A DNA stretch of 36,066 bases from IMG/VR virus record IMGVR_UViG_3300045988_070666; one strand, given 5' to 3'. A program made the translations under genes and the position numbers. Origin of the DNA: a virus. Under the pieces are notes generated by a model that was not told where the DNA came from, made no database searches, and saw only the letters and a program-made list of their open reading frames with translations. This document shows, piece by piece, positions 5,757 to 15,254 of this stretch (position 1 is its first letter; each line of letters begins with the position of its first letter).

Positions 5757-8700
5757 TCAGTCAATAAAATAAGTCATACTGCACTCATACGAATTAGCAG
5801 GGTTGAATTCGTATGAGCTGTTTCCTGCTGGTGCAAACGACAGATTGCCACCAACGCCGAGGGTTGCGTCAAACCAAATCTTTTCCGTTGCAGTCGATGT
5901 AATACCGTGCTCTCTTTGTAACACAGACGGACGATAACCCTCTGGTATTGTTGCTACATTGTGACCTGTTCCAAACGCTGTCTTATACTTGACCGCTGCC
6001 TCAAGCCGGACTAGCTTGCCGTATTTTCTAACTTTAATGATGCTGGAAGAGCTTGGATACGTCGTATTGCCGGTGACAGCCAAGGGGCAGGTTACCCAGC
6101 CGGAATCGGTCAATGTTTTGGCAGAGTTTACGTCCAGTTCACCCGCATATCGATGCTGAATTCGATTATCCTTTTTCACTAAAACCCACGTGTCTGACGA
6201 GTTGTATGTATCAACGTCGTTTATCAAGCCGTTCCAGGTGGTGGCAGTGTTGACTACACCGTTGTTGTAGTACGTTGCCTCTTTATTCCCAGTAGGCGGT
6301 GCTGTTTGAAACGTAGTGGCATCGTGTTTTTCAAATATCCATCTGTTTGTATTTGCACCAGCGTAGGCTTGCTCAGCTAAGCACGTAAATTGCGTTGAAT
6401 TCCATCTTACCTGTGTGTTATGCCATATCTCATACCGAACGCCGCTATCGGTGTAAACCGCAACAAATTTGAAATACGCATTAGCTAACCCGGTAGGCTT
6501 ATTCGTAAAAATCTGCTCAAACCTGATCCAATCACAGGCTTTACCCGTTGAGCTGTTACGATAAGATACGCTAAACAGCCCAGCACCATTGTGCCCAGAT
6601 GTAGCCAACAGCGTCATGGTGATCGTATCGTATCCGACAGTGTCCTCACAGTAGGCTACTCTTGCCCAAGTATACCCGGAATTAGCAGTCGTGGTTGAGT
6701 TTTGCACATATCCGTACTTCATATGCCCAGCACTCAGAGCATTAGCTTTAACCGCCGTGCCGCTTTTTGCAAGAGCGTAGTTCGTATAATTCTTAACATC
6801 TAGCAGTGTATTTTCATGCGAATGCGTATTCCCATAAACCGTATTCCAGCCAACATCTGTAATCTTATCCAGCGTTCCCTTATTGTCATGAACGTGTGCC
6901 TTATTTGCCGCACCGTTGATAAGCTTCCACTGTTCCTCGCTCAGCTGGTCAAGCACTGCCTTATTGTCATGGGTGTGGCTGGATACTGTCAGGCGACCAG
7001 TCTTGGTATCAAGACTTACCGACGTTCCACCGTCCCCGTCTATCAAAAAAGCACTCTGCTTTGCCGTGGCAGCGTATCTCGCGGAGCCCGTTGCGATTGT
7101 GGAGAATGCGTTCTGATTCACCTCGGCACCTGCTGAAACGCCTTTTAGTTTCGTCTGCTCCGCGGTCGTATAGCTGGCAGTCGTTGCGTCCAGCACTGCT
7201 TTATTGCTATGAGAATGGCTTGAAATCGTTGCTCTGCCGTTGGTGCTAAGTGTAACGCTAGTACCGTCTTCACCCTCGATCACAAAAGCGGCAGTTTTGC
7301 TTGTCGCGGTATATCTTGCTGAACCAGATGCAATTGTGGAGAACGCATTCTGGTTGACTTCCGCACCGGCAGCAATGCCGGCAAGTTTCGTCTTTTCGGC
7401 AGCGGTATAGCTGGCAGTTGTTTTGTCCAGCACAGGCTGGTTCTCATGTACGTGTGTCTGCCCGTACACCAGCAGCCACGACGTTTCATCGATCTTGTCC
7501 AAGGTGCTTTTATTGTCGTGCACATGGGCTTTGTTTGCCGATGCTTTAAAGTCCGCGTAATCCTGTGCCGTGATTCTGTCCAGCACTTCCTCGTTATCAT
7601 GCCTATGGGATTGCCCGTATACAGTCAGCCACGCTGTTTCATCGATCTTATCCAGCGTGTCTTTGTTTGCGTGGATATGTGCCTTGTTGACAGCCCCTTT
7701 GAAGTCCGCGTAATCCTGCTCCATGATTTTATCCAGAACGCCCTTGTTGGAGTGTGTATGAGCCATTGCATCGGCACCGGAGCCGGCATCTGCAATGCTG
7801 CCGCCGCCCTGCCCGCCGCTTCCGCTTGTGATGCCGCTTTCCTGTGTGCCTACCGTCAGCTTCGCATTTTCAGGTGCCGCGATCGGAATCTCAATTGCGG
7901 TTATGGGGAAAAGGCTCTCCGCGGAATCCCCCGGCAGCTTTGTCCGTACATAGTCGCCGTGTGTGAAGTGCTCCACGCTTTCGTCGATGTCCGCCAGATC
8001 GATGGCTTCCGCACGGATCGTGCTTGCCGCCTTCCCGTTCTGCCGCAGCCACACTGCTCCCTGATACGCCAGCGTTCCCGCGTCTGTAATGTCGTCAAAA
8101 GTCACAGCCTGCTGTATCAGACCGTACTTTTCCATGCGGGATTTGCTGTAGACCATGTTTCCGGATTTCACAAGATCGTCCGTTCCGGTCATGTACTGGA
8201 TCATAAAAGTGGCATCGTCATCGTCCGCCTTATCTATCGTAAGACGGACTTCGTTATCTCCGCTGCTGTCCTTTCGCTTTCCCAGCGGTACAACAGCAGT
8301 TGCAATTGATGTACAATCATATGCCCAGTCGCAGTTCAGCAGATTTTTGGCATATCGCACGTCCTGTGAGCAGGTTCCTGACGGAATTGCAAGCCAGTCG
8401 ATATATCCGGCACAGGTATCGCTGCCGACATATCTGACACGCAGAATGCCGCCAAACGAGTTCAGCAGCTTGTCTTGGATTTCTTCCCAGAAGGACGGAT
8501 ACACACCACTGGAGCGGGCAATTGTTCCTTCTGTTCCGTCCTGCGTCATTGCCTTATGTACCGTCACATCACCCAGCTCGAAGCTTTTCGACTTGTCCCG
8601 CAGCTTTTGGTTGTACATTTTGATATACCAGTACAGTACGTCTTTGGGCGTTGCCCCGCTGATCGAGTAGGCAAAGTGCAGGTCGTTCAGCCATGCCAGA

Positions 8701-8972
8701 GCTCCCTCGCAGTCATACGTGCGTATGCCATACATGTCCTGACTGTATCCCGTGACTTCTCCGTAAAAAAGTAGTTTGCTGTCCCGCCAGATCTTCACGC
8801 GGGACACCTTGCATGCGATCTCTTTGTACAGCGGATGCTGCGGGTAGATCGCAAAGGAAAAGCTGTCCACGCCGTTGACCACAAGCTTCACATCAGGATC
8901 TGTGACGTACTCCATGCCGTTGACACTGCCGGTGAAGCACAGCAGCTTCTCATCTACTTTGACCTTATACAC
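5757..8972 (-). CDS. Tail-associated / tail fibre protein (Tal-like N-terminus, HxH repeat shaft, C-terminal receptor-binding region)
   Basis: 1071 aa, directly downstream of Dit. Gly-rich linker, then repeated H-x-H-x-N-K-x-x-L-D units. The C-terminal part is visibly AT-richer. Confidence 0.85.
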   Translation of the reverse strand: MYKVKVDEKLLCFTGSVNGMEYVTDPDVKLVVNGVDSFSFAIYPQHPLYKEIACKVSRVKIWRDSKLLFYGEVTGYSQDMYGIRTYDCEGALAWLNDLHFAYSISGATPKDVLYWYIKMYNQKLRDKSKSFELGDVTVHKAMTQDGTEGTIARSSGVYPSFWEEIQDKLLNSFGGILRVRYVGSDTCAGYIDWLAIPSGTCSQDVRYAKNLLNCDWAYDCTSIATAVVPLGKRKDSSGDNEVRLTIDKADDDDATFMIQYMTGTDDLVKSGNMVYSKSRMEKYGLIQQAVTFDDITDAGTLAYQGAVWLRQNGKAASTIRAEAIDLADIDESVEHFTHGDYVRTKLPGDSAESLFPITAIEIPIAAPENAKLTVGTQESGITSGSGGQGGGSIADAGSGADAMAHTHSNKGVLDKIMEQDYADFKGAVNKAHIHANKDTLDKIDETAWLTVYGQSHRHDNEEVLDRITAQDYADFKASANKAHVHDNKSTLDKIDETSWLLVYGQTHVHENQPVLDKTTASYTAAEKTKLAGIAAGAEVNQNAFSTIASGSARYTATSKTAAFVIEGEDGTSVTLSTNGRATISSHSHSNKAVLDATTASYTTAEQTKLKGVSAGAEVNQNAFSTIATGSARYAATAKQSAFLIDGDGGTSVSLDTKTGRLTVSSHTHDNKAVLDQLSEEQWKLINGAANKAHVHDNKGTLDKITDVGWNTVYGNTHSHENTLLDVKNYTNYALAKSGTAVKANALSAGHMKYGYVQNSTTTANSGYTWARVAYCEDTVGYDTITMTLLATSGHNGAGLFSVSYRNSSTGKACDWIRFEQIFTNKPTGLANAYFKFVAVYTDSGVRYEIWHNTQVRWNSTQFTCLAEQAYAGANTNRWIFEKHDATTFQTAPPTGNKEATYYNNGVVNTATTWNGLINDVDTYNSSDTWVLVKKDNRIQHRYAGELDVNSAKTLTDSGWVTCPLAVTGNTTYPSSSSIIKVRKYGKLVRLEAAVKYKTAFGTGHNVATIPEGYRPSVLQREHGITSTATEKIWFDATLGVGGNLSFAPAGNSSYEFNPANSYECSMTYFID
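6805..7775 (-). repeat. In-gene tandem repeats: 51-aa units (HxHxNK..LD...NKAHxHxNK.TLDKI) and two ~79-aa units (TTASYT..AEVNQNAFSTIA.GSARY..)
   Basis: The repeats are visible in the translated protein and as DNA similarity, for example around 7168 versus 7405 (offset about 237 nt). Confidence 0.85.
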
Positions 8973-8974
8973 TC

Positions 8975-9712
8975 TTACAGGCTCCTTTCCTGCAGCTTTA
9001 TCGTCACTGTCAGATCACCCTCTCCGACACAGCAGAACCCGAACTCCTGCGTTGCCCCAGCAGGAATCTCAACGCCGCTGATCGCCGTATCTTTCCCGCT
9101 TGGCAGCGATTCGGATTCGTTCAGGTACGTGTCGCTGCTGCCGCCTGTGTGCCGCTCCGTTGCTGTGACATAGAAATCCTTGTCGCCGTTGAACGTCGGC
9201 ACAGCAGGAACGCCGCCGGCGTTTGTGACGGAGGCGTGGATCAGGGTGGCAGCCGTACCACCAGCTGTACCAACGCCTTTTCCGACCGTGTGACCGGAGC
9301 AGGTCACTGTTCTAGCCTTGTTCTTGTACTTATACGGATCGCAGGTCGCCGTCAGCGTCACTTCCCCGATCTGCCCGTCAGGAGAGAGTTCCCCGACAGA
9401 TACACGCCCCGTGTAGAAGTAATCCTTGTCATCGTCCAGCACGATTTTCACTCGCTTGCCGTTCAGGGCGTTTTGCAGCTTTGCATATGCCGCGTTCAGC
9501 CCGAAGCGATCCGCGATAAAGGTGAACTGCATCTTCAGTATGCGGCTTTTGTACGTCACGCCGCCGAAGTACTCCGTAAAGTCCACAGCCCCGTCTACGC
9601 CGGGGATCTCCACCAAGTTGGTGTTCGGCTCCGCTTCGCCGATGCTGTAGGAATTCAGAAAAAGCTGGTACGCATCATACGAGTGGTTCCCGTCAAATTT
9701 GATGCCTTTCAT
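8975..9712 (-). CDS. Distal tail protein (Dit, siphovirus tail family)
   Basis: 245 aa, positioned between the tape measure and Tal. The N-terminal sequence MKGIKFDGNHSYD...VEIPGVDG is typical of Dit. Confidence 0.8.
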   Translation of the reverse strand: MKGIKFDGNHSYDAYQLFLNSYSIGEAEPNTNLVEIPGVDGAVDFTEYFGGVTYKSRILKMQFTFIADRFGLNAAYAKLQNALNGKRVKIVLDDDKDYFYTGRVSVGELSPDGQIGEVTLTATCDPYKYKNKARTVTCSGHTVGKGVGTAGGTAATLIHASVTNAGGVPAVPTFNGDKDFYVTATERHTGGSSDTYLNESESLPSGKDTAISGVEIPAGATQEFGFCCVGEGDLTVTIKLQERSL

Positions 9713-9713
9713 C

Positions 9714-12035
9714 TTATGTCACCCCTCTCCTCGCTTTGCTTTGCAGGCTGCCCAGTTCGCGGCTCATGTCGGAGGCGATCAGCTTCGCAAGCGTTCTGCC
9801 GTTGATTTTGATGTCATGACCGGACGCCGCCACAAGCTGCGGGAAGTAGTCCAGTATCGCCGCCAGAATTTCAGACAGCAGCTCCATCACGCCGGCATTT
9901 TCGGCACGGACAGCTTCCTGTACATAGCCTTGCAATGTGGCGATAGGGGCGACTGCTTCAGGACCTGCTTCGCCGCCTCCCATCATCTTTCCATTGCTCG
10001 GATTTACGCCAAATATTGTCGGCTGATTCAATACCATGCCTTTTGCGTGCCACTCTACGTCCAAATGCGGAACAGACAGTGGACTTAAACTGAACTCACC
10101 AGACCAATGGAACTCCGGCAGCTTGATGTCCGGCAGATGCCAGTCAAAGTCGAACACGCCTTTCAGCCACTGCACAACGCCGTCAACCACTTCCTTTACG
10201 CCGCTGAACTTCTCGGAAGCAGAATCAAAGATGCCCTTGAACGTATCTTTCGCACCATTGAGGAAGCCTGTCAGATAGCCGGAAACCGTATTCCACAAGC
10301 CCATAAACGTGTTGGAAATACCGGTGCCCATTTCGCCGAACCCCTGCTTGATACGATCAGTATCTCCTGTAAATATGCCGACAAAAACATTGAACACGCC
10401 CTGCAAAAATTCGAATACACCGGAGATCGCCTGTATAATGCCGTCGATCGCGTTGAACAGCCCGTTCAGCAGCCCTGCTACGGTGGAAACTGTTGTCGCC
10501 ACGACAGTGCCGATCAAAGCAATGATCGGTTGCAGCCAGCTTAAATTTTCGCCAATGGCTTGAATCTTCTCGATCCAGCCCGGCAGATGCTCTGCAATAG
10601 TGCTGCTGATCGTGGAAATTACAGGCGTTATCAGGGAGGACAGTATCCCGATCACGCCCGCCACAAACTGACACGCTCCGGCGAACACCGTCATTGCCGT
10701 AGATGCCGCACCGCCGCTTTCGACAAATCCGGAAAACAGTTCGGTCAGCGGCGAGACTGCATCTTTCAGGTTATTCCATGCATCTTTCAGTGCATCGATG
10801 ACCGGCTGGAAAGATTCCTGCACAAAGGCAGCAACTTCCTGTGCCTTTTCCCACCATTCCCCGAGTTTTTCCTTGAAGTCCTCGATCTGCGGCTGAATCT
10901 CCTCGAATTTCTGCCGTGCGATGTCTATCCACTCAGAAAGCTTTTGCATGGCAGGAATTACGAAATTCTCCATGATCGGCTCGCCGATTTCCGCCTTGAA
11001 CTGCCGCCATTTTTCCGTCAGATTGGCTTGCACGTTGGCGTACTGCGTGGATTCCTTTGCCGCCTGTCCGACAGCACCGGAAGCCTGCATCATGTTTTCT
11101 GCATATTCCAGACGTGTCGCCTGCTTTGTGGCTTCGTCCAGATTCGCCCATGCTTTTGTCTCGGAGATGATGCCCTTTTCCACGGCGTAGGATGCCATCT
11201 GCGTATCGTTGGCAAACAGACCGATGGCTTCACCACCCTCATAGGATCCGTTGATGAAGCTGTTCAGATGCCCCATGGACTCGTCCAGAGACACATCCCA
11301 GAACGCTGCTGCGTCGGATGCCAGAGTCAAGCCGCCTGTCGCAAGGTCGGTGGCGTCTTCTATGCCAAATCCCAGACCCTTGAACTTTGCAGTGAGAGAG
11401 GTCATGCTCCCGGTTAGCCGGGTGGATACCACACCGGTGGCATCTGCCACCCCCTGCATCTTTTTCTGTGCAGCACCGGCATAATTGCCCATGATCTGGT
11501 CAAAGGCAGAATTTTCCGCGGACACCTCTGCCGCAGATTCTACAGAATCCTTGCCAAAATCCCAAAGTGCCTGTCCTGCCTTTGCGGCAAGATCGATCAG
11601 CTTTTCAAAACCGCTCGCCAATACATTGGCAATGGCGCCCTTCATGACGGAAAATCCGCCTTCTGTGTTTTTGGCGCTGTCCCCCAGTTCCTTGACCGAT
11701 TTTTTCGCCTTTCCGGCGGAATCGTCCAGATTTTTCTGTTCCCGGTTCAGCTGATCGGCGGCTTTCTGTGCCTGACTCAACTTTTTCTCGTTGCTTTTCA
11801 GCTCAGAACTCAGCTTTTCGATGTTGTCCGCACAGGCTTTCGCCTCGTCGGATTCCTTGCCGGTTTCTTTGCGAAGGTCCTTGTACTTGTCTTTCAGCTT
11901 GTCCAGTGTCGTCCGCTGTAGTTCCACCTTTTTGGTCAGGATTTGCAGAGATTCCTTGGTGTCAGAGATGTCACCTTTTTGTCCTTTAAACGCCTTTCCA
12001 AACGCCTGCCCGATCTTGTCGAATGCCTTAGACAT
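9714..12035 (-). CDS. Tail tape measure protein (the N-terminus probably extends upstream, see findings)
   Basis: 773 aa. Coiled-coil N-terminus and Gly/hydrophobic repeats. Follows the G/G-T chaperone genes. Confidence 0.9.
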   Translation of the reverse strand: MSKAFDKIGQAFGKAFKGQKGDISDTKESLQILTKKVELQRTTLDKLKDKYKDLRKETGKESDEAKACADNIEKLSSELKSNEKKLSQAQKAADQLNREQKNLDDSAGKAKKSVKELGDSAKNTEGGFSVMKGAIANVLASGFEKLIDLAAKAGQALWDFGKDSVESAAEVSAENSAFDQIMGNYAGAAQKKMQGVADATGVVSTRLTGSMTSLTAKFKGLGFGIEDATDLATGGLTLASDAAAFWDVSLDESMGHLNSFINGSYEGGEAIGLFANDTQMASYAVEKGIISETKAWANLDEATKQATRLEYAENMMQASGAVGQAAKESTQYANVQANLTEKWRQFKAEIGEPIMENFVIPAMQKLSEWIDIARQKFEEIQPQIEDFKEKLGEWWEKAQEVAAFVQESFQPVIDALKDAWNNLKDAVSPLTELFSGFVESGGAASTAMTVFAGACQFVAGVIGILSSLITPVISTISSTIAEHLPGWIEKIQAIGENLSWLQPIIALIGTVVATTVSTVAGLLNGLFNAIDGIIQAISGVFEFLQGVFNVFVGIFTGDTDRIKQGFGEMGTGISNTFMGLWNTVSGYLTGFLNGAKDTFKGIFDSASEKFSGVKEVVDGVVQWLKGVFDFDWHLPDIKLPEFHWSGEFSLSPLSVPHLDVEWHAKGMVLNQPTIFGVNPSNGKMMGGGEAGPEAVAPIATLQGYVQEAVRAENAGVMELLSEILAAILDYFPQLVAASGHDIKINGRTLAKLIASDMSRELGSLQSKARRGVT

Positions 12036-12153
12036 TCGCGTCTCGGTCTTTTCGGCATCGTCCTGCGTGGTTTTCAGCTGTTTTCGCGCTTCACTGCTGT
12101 CTACGGCGATCTTGCCGAATAGCTTGAAAATATCCGTTTTCTCTCACCTCCCG

Positions 12154-12450
12154 TCAATAGATTTTTTCTGCCGCACCGAACTGCATCTTCTCAAACCGGG
12201 CGATATTCTGCCGGATCAGCGCCGGCACGTCTTCTTTCCGGATGTGCTGAGACCGTTCCTTTGCAGAACCGGTCTGTAGCCCGTCCATAAATTCCTGGAA
12301 AGACTTGTCGCGCACTTGATGCAGGAAAAACTCCCAGCACTGCTGCCGGGAGGATTCCTCATATATCTTGCAGACCGTCTCTGCGAACCGATGCTGCCGG
12401 AGAGCAGCGCCAAGCAGCCCCATAGGGTCAGCATACCGCCGCCAGATCAA
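12154..12450 (-). CDS. Tail assembly chaperone, T-part (expressed as a G-T fusion by -1 frameshift)
   Basis: No ATG/GTG start of its own (the track start is TTG). The frame stays open back to the slippery site at 12504-12510. Confidence 0.7.
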   Translation of the reverse strand: MIWRRYADPMGLLGAALRQHRFAETVCKIYEESSRQQCWEFFLHQVRDKSFQEFMDGLQTGSAKERSQHIRKEDVPALIRQNIARFEKMQFGAAEKIY

Positions 12451-12851
12451 CTCGCAGAATCCGGTGATGCTGTCTCCGCTGCCGCAAACGGCAGCAATTC
12501 CGTGAAAAAATCCTTCATTCCCTGCGAGGTGACAAGCTGCCGCAGCATGGCAGCGTATGTGCCTGCGCCGGACTTTGCGATCTCTGCCTCAGATTTCCCG
12601 GTAACCGATGCCAGCAGCTGCCGGAGCAGCGGCTCACACTTCCGATAGTTTCGGATGATAATAGCGGCCGCCTTTGCTGCAGCTACTGCACCAACCTCAC
12701 GGAAATTTCCGCTGCCGAGCCGGGAAATGGCGGCGGCGATCGCCGGATCTTCTGTCAGAGCTGCGATCTCGTCTGAACCAATGGCGGATGCGATGTCGAA
12801 CAGCATCCCCATATCCTCTGCGGTAAGTTCCCGCATATTTACCTGCTTCAT
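12447..12851 (-). CDS. Tail assembly chaperone (gpG-like)
   Basis: 134 aa, Ala-rich and acidic, between the major tail protein and the tape measure. Confidence 0.75.
   Translation of the reverse strand: MKQVNMRELTAEDMGMLFDIASAIGSDEIAALTEDPAIAAAISRLGSGNFREVGAVAAAKAAAIIIRNYRKCEPLLRQLLASVTGKSEAEIAKSGAGTYAAMLRQLVTSQGMKDFFTELLPFAAAETASPDSAS
12504..12510 (-). other. Programmed -1 ribosomal frameshift slippery heptamer U UUU UUC
   Basis: mRNA reads gat ttt ttc acg in the G frame. The -1 frame runs cac gga att ... gag ttg atc tgg without a stop into ORF 12154..12450. Confidence 0.7.
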
Positions 12852-12864
12852 ACGCCTGCTCCTT

Positions 12865-13512
12865 TCACTTGGACGCTGCCGCGCTGGCAGCTACGCTCTG
12901 GACATCTGCGCTTGTTTTCGGATAATAGATATAGATGTTCAGACCTGTCATGCGGTCGCCGTCAGAATACGTCCGGTATGCCTCAAATGTCAGCGGCAGC
13001 ACACTCGCTTCAAAGCTCTTGCCGTCCACCTTTGCGCCGCTGGTGCAGATGGCTTTATCGAAAACAATGACAATAGGCTTACGGCCTTTCAACGTTTCGC
13101 CCACATACGCCAGCTTGTCGATCCAGTGCTTTTCTTCAATCTTTTGTCCGGTCGTGCCGACCAGGTAGTCTTTTGCGCCCTGCGATTCTACCAGATCGGA
13201 AAATAAGGCATGGTTCAGCAGCTCTGGCGTCATGTCCAGAGCATTGATGGTCATTGTGCCGGTCTCTCCGGTCTTTACCACACCGCCGTATACCTTGACG
13301 CCTACGCCGTCGATCGGCACATCGTACAGTGTGCTGGTGATCTCCAGGCTGTTACCGCCGGATGTCGCACACAACAACGTTTCTTTAAAATTGAACTGTG
13401 CATTGCCGCCGGAGGTGCCGGTCGTCAGCGTCAGTCCTTTGTGGATCGTCCCTGCGCCCAGCCAGATCCGCTCTAATGTATTTTGGGTCATGCCGTGTTG
13501 TCCTGCCTGCAT
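12865..13512 (-). CDS. Major tail protein (non-contractile tail tube)
   Basis: 215 aa, positioned upstream of the chaperones. No sheath gene is present. Confidence 0.75.
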   Translation of the reverse strand: MQAGQHGMTQNTLERIWLGAGTIHKGLTLTTGTSGGNAQFNFKETLLCATSGGNSLEITSTLYDVPIDGVGVKVYGGVVKTGETGTMTINALDMTPELLNHALFSDLVESQGAKDYLVGTTGQKIEEKHWIDKLAYVGETLKGRKPIVIVFDKAICTSGAKVDGKSFEASVLPLTFEAYRTYSDGDRMTGLNIYIYYPKTSADVQSVAASAAASK

Positions 13513-13513
13513 A

Positions 13514-13894
13514 TTACTCCACTCTCCATTCTATGTATTTCAGATTGATCTGTATTTTTTTCAGCCGTGCATCGTCGCACGGAGCAGCAACAGCGCTGTT
13601 AAAGAACAGCACCACTGCATAATCATCACCGGATGTGCTATATCCGGTGACTCTGGGGAACGCCCTGCAAATTCTCTCCCGGGCAGTTATCAGTGCATCC
13701 CAGCTCGTCCCAACCAACGTGAGCAGGAACGTCCCGGACAGCATACCGCTTTCTTCTGTGACCGGGCTGCTGCTGCAATGTCCGACACAGTAGACCGACG
13801 GCAGCTTTCCGGCAGTCTGATAGGTCTCATACTGATATGGTATTTCCGCTGTGTCCAGGCGAGCTTTTACCGCCGCCAGCAATTCTTTTGTCAT
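13514..13894 (-). CDS. Tail terminator / neck protein
   Basis: 126 aa. Assigned by gene order between the gp10-like protein and the major tail protein. Confidence 0.55.
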   Translation of the reverse strand: MTKELLAAVKARLDTAEIPYQYETYQTAGKLPSVYCVGHCSSSPVTEESGMLSGTFLLTLVGTSWDALITARERICRAFPRVTGYSTSGDDYAVVLFFNSAVAAPCDDARLKKIQINLKYIEWRVE

Positions 13895-14373
13895 GACACA
13901 CCTCGTTTCACAATTGCAGCCAGACGCTGTTCTGCTTTCGGCAGGTCTTGATCTGCTGCGTGCTGCAACGTGTGTTGCGCTGCCTTACCGTCCGTCTTGT
14001 AATATTGCACTCCGTTTTTTCCGTATACAACCGTGACCTTCCCTTGATATGTCGGTTTCCTTGACCCGGTGTATCCAGCAACAGGGACGTACCAAGGGGA
14101 CGCTCTGCCGTCACCGTTCGCTGCATGGGAACCTGTCCCAAACTCATTCCAGACGGCGTTTTCTAGGTTGCTGCCAACAGTAACGGAATGCTCTGCCGTG
14201 TCAACAACATAGTCCCATGAGCCTTTCAGCTGCCCCTCGTCTACGGGAGACATTGCCGCAGCATCTGCCGACAGCAGCGCACCCATTTCCGTGAGAAATT
14301 GTTCCACAGCGCTGTCAATCAGATCGGCAGCCTCCAGGATATGCGTTTCCAGTGATACCGTTTCCATTTTCAC
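13891..14373 (-). CDS. HK97 gp10-family tail/neck component
   Basis: 160 aa. GQLKGSW and NEFGT motifs typical of the HK97-gp10-like family. Confidence 0.7.
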   Translation of the reverse strand: MKMETVSLETHILEAADLIDSAVEQFLTEMGALLSADAAAMSPVDEGQLKGSWDYVVDTAEHSVTVGSNLENAVWNEFGTGSHAANGDGRASPWYVPVAGYTGSRKPTYQGKVTVVYGKNGVQYYKTDGKAAQHTLQHAADQDLPKAEQRLAAIVKRGVS

Positions 14374-14729
14374 TGTGCCGCACCTCCCGTATACCGCAGA
14401 TAGATCTCCAGCTGGGAGCCGTCCGCCATGCCCATAGGGTTATCGATTTGCAGTACGTCATACCGCTTTCCGCCGCAGAGCAGGCGGCAGTTTTCCGGAG
14501 AGAAGTCCTCCGGCAGCTGCACCCAGTCCGCCACAAACACATGCGTGGCTTCTTCGGTTTTGGCATGATATGTGGTATACCGGCTGTCCCCGCCGGTCAT
14601 GTCCAGCCAGCCGTGCAGCGTGACCGCAGATGCTTCCTGCGGCTCGGATTCTCCGATCGTATTGACAACGGATTTCAAACGCACAAGCTGTGCATCGGTA
14701 TTTCCGCCGATCCGTCCGTACATGGTCAA
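14370..14729 (-). CDS. Head closure / head-tail adaptor protein
   Basis: 119 aa. Assigned by position and size. 4-nt overlaps with both neighbours. Confidence 0.65.
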   Translation of the reverse strand: MTMYGRIGGNTDAQLVRLKSVVNTIGESEPQEASAVTLHGWLDMTGGDSRYTTYHAKTEEATHVFVADWVQLPEDFSPENCRLLCGGKRYDVLQIDNPMGMADGSQLEIYLRYTGGAAQ

Positions 14730-15238
14730 AACCTCGCTTTCCGGTATCTGTCCAGAAATCTGACAAGCCGTTCCGGAACGCCCAGAATGCCGCTGTAAGC
14801 GTCCTCTCCGGAAAAGGTCACGCTATGCCGGCTGATGGTTTCCGATGCAATTCCCGCCCTGTCGGCGGCGTTCTGCCCCGCCCTGCTAAGCTTGTACCGC
14901 AGAATTTCCACGCACCCCATTACCACGTCCGGCGGATATGCTACACGGTGCAGCACCGCAGAATCGGTGTCCGCCGGAGCAGGTGACAGCATGCTGTCCG
15001 GCAGTACCGTGTACAGTTGCTCGCCGATCTGCACGGTGTCCCCTGTCAGGATCCGCAGGCTCGGTGTCAGCATGACACCGCCCTGAATCGCCGTCACATA
15101 CCGGAAGCCGCGTTCTGTAAATGTGTTGTGCGTTTCCTGCCGGATCGCAGCTTCCAGTGCGGCAAGATATTCCGCAAGCAGTTCGTCCGGTGTTTCGGTG
15201 TCCACAAATTTTCGGAGATGCTCTACTGTCATTAACAT
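14726..15238 (-). CDS. Head-tail connector (gp6-like)
   Basis: 170 aa, directly downstream of the capsid gene. N-terminal helical LAEYLAALEAAIR pattern. Confidence 0.65.
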   Translation of the reverse strand: MLMTVEHLRKFVDTETPDELLAEYLAALEAAIRQETHNTFTERGFRYVTAIQGGVMLTPSLRILTGDTVQIGEQLYTVLPDSMLSPAPADTDSAVLHRVAYPPDVVMGCVEILRYKLSRAGQNAADRAGIASETISRHSVTFSGEDAYSGILGVPERLVRFLDRYRKARF

Positions 15239-15254
15239 TTCGCATTCTCACTCC

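Noticed and set aside
6805-7775. Tail-fibre repeats as the template/variable repeats of a diversity-generating retroelement
   Set aside because: No reverse transcriptase or accessory gene appears anywhere in the window. The repeats are in-frame structural units that differ at all base types rather than showing adenine-specific changes.
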